64,000 nt of DNA from Podarcis filfolensis (Eukaryota). The notes below the pieces were generated by a model. That model did no database searches. It was not told the origin of the DNA and was given only the letters and a program-made list of their open reading frames with translations. The position numbers and the translations under genes were made by a program. The DNA is taken from the NCBI GenBank assembly GCA_964270895.1, contig OZ185442.1; one strand, 5' to 3'. Positions 54,631 through 64,000 of this stretch are shown piece by piece; position 1 is the first letter of the stretch; the number at the start of each line of letters is the position of its first letter.

Positions 54631-54813
54631 CAGGTAGGTAGCTGTGTTGGTCTGACGCAGTCGAAATAAAATAAAAAAATTGTCCAGGAGCACCTTAGAG
54701 ACCAGCTAAGTTTGTTCTGGGTATAAGGTTTCGTAGGTATCTGAAGAAGTGTGCATGTGCACGAAAGCTTATACCCAGAACAAACTTAGGTAGCCTCTAA
54801 GGTGCTACTGGAC
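54631..54813. mobile_element. Penelope-like element, forward plus inverted copy forming a long hairpin
   Basis: Arms 54682-54734 and 54761-54813 are near-perfect reverse complements. The spacer is the reverse complement of the 53993 element interior. Confidence 0.55.
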
Positions 54814-55479
54814 ATTTTTTAAATTAATCAATTTATTTTTTGCATGGTGCTGGAGCATTTCACAATTGGAGCAAGGGGGGGATCTGTTCTCTTGTTGCTA
54901 CCTGCTGAACATCTTTTGGAGACGCAGACAGTGAATGGTCTCAGATCTCAGGATTGGTTTGAATGTGGAAAGGTTGCGAGCTGTAATGTTTTATCTCCGC
55001 TGCAAATATATAATAAAGCAAACAAGCAAATATAAGTAATTTTAATGTGAATTTTTGTATACAGCAAGAATAAATGTTTGAATAGACTATAAATGCCAGC
55101 CATTTTTAAACAGAGTCCATACAGACTCAAGTGTGTGTAATAGTACAGTATGCCAAAACCTATTTATCCACTTAAGAAATGCTTTGTGTGTGTGTGTTTT
55201 TGTCTGTATGTATGTGTAGAGCACTTTCATCTGTGCAAGCAACAGATTTCTGTTTTTTTCCCCTTTTGTACATGATTTGATCAGCCAGGCCCAACCATAT
55301 ACAACACAAGGGGCAGCTCACAACCTTGGATCTCTTTAACCAGTTTCAATCTCTGGAGGACAAACCTGCCCCGCTTTTCAGCACTGGAAGCGGTAGAGAG
55401 CTCAGCTCCCACCTATGTGGGAGCTGGTGGAGGATTTGCTCCAAGAGGGTGGGGGAGTTTGCAGGTAGTTCAACTACAG

Positions 55480-57260
55480 AGGCACGAAGGCAATTCCCAA
55501 CTCTTCTTCCGGCAACGGCTTCGCTTTCGGCTAGACACAGGCAGCTGCCCGCTCCGGGTTCAGAGGCCCCAAAGGCGAAACACCAGCGCCGCCCGACCCG
55601 TAGCCCAGACAGCCAGTTTCGATGTGCTACAGGCCCCAAGGAGGAGCCATTCCCGGCCAGCGGCAGGAGCAAGAGCCGGAAGGGAAGGCGAGCGGCCAGG
55701 CTGGGCAGAGGCCAAGCCCGCCAGCCGCGGACCAGGAAGCGCCGCTTCTTCGCCCGCGCCTCTCGCCACCGGCTGGCCGAAGGCAGCTTCAGGCGGCGGC
55801 CCCTCCGGGCCTCTCTCGCCTTTCCCGGGGCCCTTCCCTGCCTCGGCCCGTTCCTCGGGCGAAAGGCGACCGGGAAGGCGGGGGAGGCTTGTGAGGGCGG
55901 CGGGAAGCAGGACCTCGAGTCGTCCAAGGAGGGCAACGGCCCCGCTCCCCGGAAAACGCAGAGCCGAGCGAGGGCGGTCAGCCGGGGCGGCCTTACCCGG
56001 GGGCGGGGGGGGGAGTCTTTTTGTCTCCGTCTGTCCCGGCAGGCAGCGAAAGTGGCGTCGGCGGCGTCACGGATCCAGCCTCAGCTGGGCAGGCGGAGGG
56101 ATACGTCTCTTCTCTGCTTTTCAGGAGGAGGAGGTGCGCGACAGCGACAGTAGCAAAAGCAATAGTCGTAGTTCTTAGCAGCGTCCGGCCCTCTGTCTGC
56201 GACGCGGCTTCTCCAAGATACAGTGCAGCGACGCACGGGGCGCTTTGTGTTTGTACGGAACTACTTTACCGGCGGAGGGATCTTTCGCCAGAGAAAGAGG
56301 GACCTCAATAAAAGTCGTACTTCCTAAAACGAGCGTTACCTTTATTGAGGTCCCTCCATAGCCCTCAACCGCGGCTGGAGAGTTCCGGCCTCGTCGGGTA
56401 CGACGTCGGAGGAGGAGGAGGAAGAGGCGGCGGCCCCGCCCATTGCCCCCCTCCCTCCGAGCTGCTTCCCATCCCCGGGGGCGTCGCGCGGCAGACTGGA
56501 GCCCTCCCGCTGTAGGGGCGCTCGCGTGAATGGCCGGGCGCCTTGCAGGGCATGGCGGGGGCGTCAATCGAGTCCCCCTGCTCGTGGCTTGAAAAGAGGC
56601 GGGGACGGCGGCAGCCCCGCCACTAGCACCGCGGCGGCGCCGCTCCGACAAGAGGAGAAGCGGCCCCGTGGAAGGAGGCGACTCGGGGCAAGGGAGGCGG
56701 GTTGCAGCAGCAGCAGTTGCTCCTGCTCCTCCTCCTCCTCCTCGGTAGCCGGGCCAGTGGAGAGCGCCGAAGGACACAACTCTGGCCCTGCTGGCTGGTC
56801 TGGGTGCGTGAAGCCCCCGGAGGCGCCGGCCTGATGGCTGCGGGACCCCCTCCCGGCTGAGCGCCTGCGCCGGCCTCGGGATCGGCGCCCCTGCTGCCAG
56901 GCAGGAGGCGCGCTCCGCTCGGAGGGGAGGGCTCCAGCGCAGCGCGCCCCCGTCCGCCTGTCTGTCCGTCGGTCCCGCCGTGCACGAGCCGGGCGCTCCC
57001 GCCGTGCCGCCATCTTCCTCTGTCTGTCTGTCTGCCAGCCCGGGCGGCCCTTTGTCCTCCTGCAGCGCTGCTGGGCGAGCCCAGGCCGGGCGACGGAGTC
57101 AGGTAAGGGCCGAGGCGGCGGCAGCCTCCTTTCGAGCGCGGGGTGGGGGCTGATCTCTAAACGCCCCCCGCTCGCCTACCCTGGTCATCCCCCGCATGGT
57201 GACAGGGCTCTTCTTTCCGCAGGTGCGCCCCCCCCGGGGGGGGAACCATGTCCCGTCGGA
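55480..57260. promoter_or_regulatory. CpG island with divergent IST1 (-) and ZNF821 (+) promoters
   Basis: Very high GC/CpG. YY1-type GCCGCCATCTT near 57006. ZNF821 non-coding exon donor AG|GTAAGG at 57102/57103. Confidence 0.85.
55997..56200 (-). other. IST1: Probable non-coding first exon of IST1
   Basis: GTAAGG donor at 55996-55991 inside the CpG island. The acceptor of the ATG exon is at 54306-54305. 5' end approximate. Confidence 0.55.
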
Positions 57261-60200
57261 AACAGACCACCCCCAATAAAGTCCACTGTGAGTAATAAGG
57301 GGAGGGGGGCTGTTGTCACTTCCACCTTCACCCCCTTCCCCCGCTCAAGCGAGGCATCCTCATCCGCAAAATGATGGGGGGGGACAGCCCTCCCCTCCAC
57401 TATTTGCTGCATTCTTCTCCCATAGCCCTGGTGGGGACTCCCTGCCCAGCATCGAGGATTTGTTGGCTGAGCTGAGACATGTCCACGTATCACCTCTTGT
57501 AGCCTAAGGGCTCCTTAGGTACTCTGGGGGCTCAGAACCCCTCTCCGCCATTCTAGTGGCATTCTGTCTCTCATTGGGCCACCTTACCCACTGATGTTTC
57601 TTCTGCAAATGAACAGCTTCTCAGCACTAGTTGGGAATGGCTGGCTAGTCTCCCTTGCACAATGAGGAACAGGGGACTTCCAGGCACCATGATAGCTTTA
57701 GGATCAGAATTGAAATAGCAAAGGCCCAGGAAAGAGTCTGGCAATTTCAGGCAAGCACTGCCCACTTTGCACAACTTAAGAGAAAACGTATCAAGGAGGA
57801 ACTAAAGCAGATAACTAAACCTGGACCACAAAATCCACAGAAGACGTCTCCCACCACAAATTCGGTTTGCAAAAGTAGATAAGTAGGTTTGCTATTGCCT
57901 ACACTAAAGCATCTTTTACACACATGTAACAGCTTTACCCCTGGAGGAGAACCTGTATGGCAGGACAAGCTCTTCCAAAATATGGGCCCGGGGGGGGGGA
58001 GCACATGCAAATTCTAGGGCGGAGCCAGGGCAGGCAAGAGCCCTCCCTGTGTGCTTAATGCTGCTGAAGACATTTGTATTTCCAGGTCATGTTGGAAAGG
58101 ATGCGAAGGGACGGATTGGTCAGGCCACCGTTGCTTTGCAGGAAGGGTTTGGGGAAAGCTGTTTTGGGGAATGGAGCCCAGGCATTAGTCCCATTCTGGG
58201 CCATCTTCAGGTAGGGGAGACCATCACTGGGCATCTGAGGAGGGGGCAAGGAATGATTGGGCTTGGGAAGGGCAATGGGCTAATGTGGTTTCTTCCTCCC
58301 CCATTGTACTTCCAGGGGAGCAAGTCTTTGCTGGGTTAGAAGAGCACACACGTCAGGCCATGATGCGAAGAGACTTCCCTGGGCTGCTTGGAGCCCAGTC
58401 ACCACTCATGCAGCAGCTGCCACCTCCGCCACAAGAAAAGGACTCCAGCAGCAGCAGTAGCAGCAGCAGCAACAGTGAGTTTCCCCATCTGGTACAGGAG
58501 GGCAGCTCTGGGACACCTGGGAGAGACCAAACACCTGCATGCTGCTTTGGAATCCTGTCAGCTGGTCTGTGGCAGAGGCCTAAAGCTGTTCTGTATTCCA
58601 GGTGATAGCGAGGGGGATGAGACAACACAAGATGAGGTCTCCTCCCATGCTTCTGAGGAGGACGGAGCATCAGCGACAGTGAAAAAGGAACTGGAACTTA
58701 CTGAGCAGCTGGGCTGCAGCAAGCAGGTCGCTCGAGGCCATGAGGCAAGTGCATCACATTGGCCGTAGTCAACACATACTAAAGCAAAAGTGCAACGCTG
58801 CTGTGGTTACTCGGTGGAAGGGAGAATAGCAATAGCAGACTCTTGGGTGGCCCTAGCATGGAGAAAGAGGACTGTATAGCCCACTCTGGGATTCCTGGGC
58901 CTGGTCCATTGATGTGTCCAAGTGATCACTACAGCAGGCTCAAGTAATTGGGTCTGGGCTTTTTGGCATTAGAGTTCCCTAATGGTAATGGGGGCAAGGG
59001 GAGTGATAGAGCTGTTGTCATCTCATTCTGGGCTTCCCAGAAGAGACATTTGGTTTGGCTCCTGTATGTTATACAATACACAACTAGGTAGACCCTCAAT
59101 CTGATTGCGCAGGGCTAATCTTACATTGTAGAGAATCCGTCAACATGGTCTTAAAGGGTCTGGTGCAGCATCAATTGGGGGGAAGGGTATGTGTATGCAT
59201 GTGGCAGAATACCAGGCATGGGTCTTGTCCTCTGCTCTTTCCTTAGCCTGCTTTTCCTTGCTTGCAGATGGGTTTAAATGCCAGCCCAGATACCCTGATG
59301 GGACTCTCCCGTTGTCCCCTCTGCCAGCTAGAGTGTGGAAGCAGGGAGCAGCTTGTCACTCACGTCTATCAGGTACTCAGAGGGGGCTTTGATGAGACCA
59401 TCACGCAAGGCTAAACCATCCCTGCCCTGGCTCCCCCTTTCCTTCCAGGCTGAAATTAGTAATCCTGGACTGGGAAAGGGTGGGGATGGGGGCAGGGGCT
59501 GTTGGCATTGGATGCAATTTGAATCATCCCCCCTGGTGGGTTTGCACCACATCCCAGGGAAGGCCTTGCGGGTCTCTCTCCTTCTTTCCCTAACAGAAGA
59601 GGGAGCTCTTCCGTGGCTTGGCCTTGGCTGCCAGCCCTCATAGGGACAGCTGAGAGGGGGACAGGGCGGCGGAGCCCTTGCCTCACAGCCCGGCCTCGTT
59701 TGCAGCATACGGCAGCTGTGGTCAGTGCCAAGAGCTACCTGTGTCCCGTCTGTGGCCGAGCACTCAGCTCCCCGGGCTCCTTGGGCAGGCACCTCCTCAT
59801 CCACTCCGAGGACCAACTGTCCAACTGTGCGGTGTGTGGGGCTCGCTTCACCAGCCATGCTACTTTCAACAGGTGAGAAGTGGGCATCTCTGACGGTGGG
59901 ACTGGGACAACGTGGCCCAGGCCGCATTTTGGAAGTCCTGGAGGGGCCCTGTTCAGTGGAAGCAATGGAAGTTATACCTGGCAATTTCTGGAGGCAGCTG
60001 GAATAGGTGACCCCAGCCCGAAGCATTCTGCAGGCCAGCATTCATGTGGGTGGGGTGGCTTGTAAGCATGGCCAAAGGGAGGGGGAGGGTTACAGCTAAG
60101 GCAGTAGCTTGCAAGCCTACACAATGGCTTCTTAAGATCTGTGCCGACCACCCGTCATTTCTACTCTTTGACTTTCACAGTGAGAAGGTGTCAGAGGTGC

Positions 60201-60850
60201 TGTGTGGAGATGCCCTACCCATTCCCCTCCCTGAGGCTTCTTCTGGTGCTGAGGAAAAAGCAGGTGGTGGCACTGCTGCTGCTGTCAGCCCCACAGTGTA
60301 TCCTGCTGGCATCCTCCTGGTGTGCAACAGCTGCGTGGCCTACCGCAAGCTTCTGGAAGCTCAAGCTCCAGGGGTTCGCAAGTGGGCCTTGCGAAGGCAG
60401 AACGAGCCCCTGGAGGTGCGGCTGCAGCGCCTGGAGCGAGAGCGCACAGCTAAGAAGAGCCGTCGAGACAACGAGACGCCGGAGGAGCGGGAGGTGAGGC
60501 GCATGAGGGATCGAGAGGCCAAGCGGCTGCAGCGCATGCAGGAGACGGACGAGCAGCGTGCACGCCGCCTGCAGCGGGACCGTGAAGCGATGCGCCTCAA
60601 GCGGGCCAACGAGACCCCTGAGAAGCGGCAGGCTCGGCTCATCCGGGAGCGTGAAGCCAAGAGGCTAAAGCGGCGGCTGGAGAAAATGGACATGATGCTG
60701 CGGGCACAGTTTGGCCAGGACCCCTCGGCCATGGCTGCATTGGCAGCCGAGATGAACTTCTTCCCACTGCCAGTGGGTGGGCTAGAGCTTGAGGGGCAGC
60801 TGCTTGGTAAAATGGCCTTTGAGGAGCCGAGTCCCAGTGCCCTGCACTGA
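57248..60850 (+). CDS. ZNF821: Zinc finger protein 821, 427 aa, 6 coding exons
   Basis: Exons: 57248-57287, 58316-58474, 58602-58744, 59268-59372, 59706-59872, 60181-60850 (1284 nt, one GC-AG intron). Protein MSRRKQTTPNKVHWEQVFAGLEE..., C2H2 fingers (CPLCQLECGSREQLVTHVYQH; CPVCGRALSSPGSLGRHLLIH) and STPR repeats (ETPEEREVRRMRDREAKRLQR). Confidence 0.97.
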
Positions 60851-60987
60851 GGAGGGTAAAAAGGAGGACCTGCTCTTGTCTGCTGAGGCCCCACTTGCTC
60901 CGCCAGTGAAGCATGGAACTGGAGTGTGACAACGGTCTGAGAGGGGCAGGGAGGGAGGAAGGGGCGGGCGCACTGGCTGTGATCAGA

Positions 60988-60993
60988 AATAAA
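60988..60993 (+). terminator. Candidate ZNF821 poly(A) signal
   Basis: AATAAA 138 nt after the stop. A distal AATAAA lies at 61935-61940. Confidence 0.5.
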
Positions 60994-61799
60994 TTAATTG
61001 TACATGTCCTCAGTCTGTGCCTCGTGGGCTTGGCCAATTCACTGCAGCAGCTTGAGAGGCAGCTGCTGCTTCTGCCTTGCCTAGCTTGCTTCCTTGCTGG
61101 GCAAGATCCAGCTGGAACTTTGCAGTTCTGTAGCCTGCCCTTTACTATATCACGCTGGAGCTCTTAAGTGGGGACTAGCAAAGAAGGTGGAGTCCTGAAG
61201 AGGGAGGTGTATAATACGGCTTGGAGCCTCACAAGTTACCCACAGGGGTTTATTAGGCCTAATCATAGTAGCTGCTAGACTTAGGTACAGCAGCACCAAA
61301 TGGGAGGTTTGTGGAAGAATTTTACATTCTGGGGGGGTACGTGTTGGGGAGGGAGAAAGCAGCTAGATTTGAGTGCTGCTGCTCTTGCCTTTGTGCTTAG
61401 AGAGATGGTGGTGGAAGGGAGGCAATTTCTCCCAGGGAGCACCAGTGAAAGGCAGACTTCTAAACAAAGGCTAGAGGAAGACCCTACTGAGGGGTATATT
61501 TCTTTTCTTGGTCAGCAGCCTGTGTCGTCTCTTGCCCAACTTCCAAACTAGGTAAAAGGGAGAGACTTGGCTGCACAAGCGAGGAGAAGTTATCTCTGAC
61601 TTGTTAGCCAGGTCTGTTCTGTCCTATTAATCTTAAATCATAAAACCTATGTGCAGCCTGTTAAATTTTTACACAACAGAACAGAGCTAATTGTGCCAGT
61701 GTGAAGATTGCTAATTGGGGCTTTAGTGACCACTGTATGAATTTAAGGAAGTTTCCTTTATGAGCTTTGGTGTTTCTGCCAAAATTTTCTCCAGGAGAC

Positions 61800-64000
61800 A
61801 AGTAAGACACAGACACATCAAAGGAAAAGCTATTGGCTTATAATTATATAGATATATATATAGATATAGATATATGTATATATACTGTTTACATAAGTCA
61901 ACAAGTTAAATGCAGTATTCATAAGAGCATTAACAATAAAAATACAATCTGTGTGTACAGAGACTTTAAATGGTAAAACAGGAAAAAGGATCTCACCCAA
62001 AATACAAATATACAGTACAAATTGATTTATTTAAAACAGGTACAAAAAAAGCACAACAAAATAGATTATCCTCCTTAGATTGGTAATGCTTCATTAAAGA
62101 TCAGGTAGGAGAAAAGGGGCTGGGCACTCGGCTAGTCCTAAGGCTTTAGAGATACGATGCAGTGGGTTTCGGAGTGAAGATGACTGGTGTTGGTTGCAGG
62201 GCTGCTACACACTTGCCCCTTGCCAGCTGCATACAGGAAGGTGACCCACCCCAACTAAGGTGCTATGCAAGGGATTGAAGGGTGGCAGGCTGACTCTGTT
62301 TGCTGTCTTCCTCAGTGCATCTTGAGATATAGCAAAGGAACTTTCTCTGCAACAAGCCACTGGGTCAGGCCATCGCTCAGTGTTTCTGGGCAGAGGTGGG
62401 ACTTAATATAAGCGGATGTTTGCTCTTGCAGGCCAGGGCTACAGAAACAGCTGGCAAGAAGGGACGGGAAACCTTTTAGCTGGAAAGGGTATCTGGTTGG
62501 TGCCCTTCTGAAAAGCAGGACCCCAGTTCATCACCCCCTAGTTTGGCACCCCACACTGAAACGTGTCTCTTTTAGCAGCCCCCATCCTACCCCATGGAAT
62601 GGCCAAATGGACACAGCTGTGCAGCTGCCAGTCCCACAGTATTGCATATTAGGAGCCCTTCCCAAATATTTACTAGGGCTTGGAAAGGGGTCGTGCTGTA
62701 GTGTCACAAGAGAGAAATAGCTTATTGCTCTAGGAAGCTGGTTCTCCCAACCCTCCAGCGGCCCCAGATGGAGTAGTGCCCAAAGACACTTCCATATTTT
62801 GCAGCTCTATTCCTAACTCGGTCCTGGGCCCTAAAGGCTGTGCAGCAAGCTATCCTGAAACAGCACTGGACCAGGGTGGCAGTAGTGTTGGGCAGTCCAG
62901 ATGAACTGAGGGGAACTGACCCTCAATAGCCATGGAGGGCCAGAGTTGGTGCCAATGAAAGAGGTGGCCAATCAGGCTCTTCAGCTGTGATGCTGTGCAA
63001 GTGATCCATCTCCCATGAAGCCCTGGGAGTAGAAGGGCACTCTGCCCTAATGCCATGAAGCAGACACCTCCTCCCTGGTGGCAGGGGAGCTGAAGGACAA
63101 AGGAGAAACCTAGGCCAGCATTTACATGGAAATGAGTGTTGGTCTAGTAAGCACACAATCCAGGGGAGCCCAAGAGCAAGGAAGGAAGGCAGAGGGTGGT
63201 TTGCGGGGAAACCTGGCTCGGAATAGTGCAAAGTGCCGGGCCTTCCAGAGGAGAACAGCAAAGTCTTCCACCTTTCATATAGAGAGGGCTTGGAGTGGAT
63301 GAGGTGTCTGGTCAGACAAGAAAGCAGTTCCCGTTGTGAGCCAGGAATGCCTGTAGGCAATGGCCTAAAAGCAACAACTGTAGACAAAACATCCAAGGGA
63401 AACAAGCCAAGGCTGCCCATTTGGAGCAGTGGGAGGAGCTTCCTGGCTGCTATTCTGGAGTGGGACTTGGATGGCACTGATGCAGAGTCACGGCTATGAT
63501 TCAGAGCCCTAGAGCTCACCCCTGCCGAGTTGAGGGCACCGGTGCAGGAGAGGGTACTCAGCCAGCGTCTTGAACCCAAGCAGTTCTACAGCTTTCTCGG
63601 CTCAAAAACTGTTAACTACTTGCACATTTTATCTTCTTTCATTCTGTTTGAGTCACCAGTGCACACAGAAGAGCAATTTTCATCTTTATCAGAAGAACCT
63701 GAATACATTTTTCTAATATCCAAAGAAATCTTACACATGTAGTGGGGGCCATTCAAGCTGGTTACAGTGGCCAGAATGCCCCCTCTCCAAATTCTCAATA
63801 GGAAATGCTTTAATCACCCCAAGGAAAAGCAGGAGTGTCTGTATGTGCACTAGCATGCTCTTATATACAAACTGCCTTGCACTTTTCAAAGGAGCTGGCT
63901 GTAACTTGAGGCATCCACCACTGTGACAAGCCTTAGTCAGCCCAGGCCATTCAGACCTGGCTTAGCTGTGAACATCTAAGGCATCTGCAACAGAAGTGGA
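61800..64000 (-). other. Probable distal 3' UTR of ATXN1L (no coding sequence in window)
   Basis: AU-rich block with minus-strand AATAAA at 62026-62031. In mammals ATXN1L is convergent with ZNF821 here. Identity by synteny only. Confidence 0.45.

Noticed and set aside
55326-57013. Several long ORFs (up to 275 aa) in the IST1/ZNF821 CpG island
   Set aside because: Expected from stop-codon scarcity in GC-rich DNA; Arg/Ala/Gly/Pro-rich with no domain.
58446-58474. AGC repeat giving a longer poly-Ser in ZNF821
   Set aside because: Minor length variation of a Ser tract already present in the family.
60361-60894. 177-aa minus-strand ORF
   Set aside because: Antisense shadow of the ZNF821 STPR-repeat exon.
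62923-63579. 218-aa minus-strand ORF as possible ATXN1L coding sequence
   Set aside because: No AXH domain or ATXN1L C-terminal motif; starts at a non-ATG codon.

Overview
Vertebrate genomic DNA, most likely a lacertid lizard (inferred from young Sauria/Squam1-type SINEs and squamate MITE families). I assembled all gene models by hand from splice sites and intron phase. Left to right: (1) the first two exons of a cytochrome b5 gene (CYB5B-like, minus strand, runs off the window). (2) A 22-exon polycystin-1-family gene (16572-27013, +, ~1110 aa) with an uninterrupted reading frame: signal peptide, C-type lectin, GAIN/GPS, TM1, a degenerate PLAT domain and TM2-5. It stops right after TM5 and has no TOP or TRP-like channel domain. 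(3) A complete 31-exon PKD1L3 (29368-46022, +, ~1769 aa). (4) IST1 (minus, 365 aa). (5) ZNF821 (+, 427 aa), head-to-head with IST1 across a CpG island. (6) Probably the distal 3' UTR of ATXN1L (by synteny only). The main candidate for an undescribed system is the tandem pair of a 'channel-less' 5-TM polycystin receptor and PKD1L3, which share nearly all intron phases. Other oddities: a decayed CDC42BPB (MRCK-beta) exon-1 copy inside an IST1 intron, an inverted repeat carrying AATAAA on both strands between the divergent IST1/ZNF821 promoters, a SINE flanked by an 84-bp duplication, solo LTRs, and a cytochrome b5 gene where mammals have DHODH. All homolog comparisons are from memory, not database searches.
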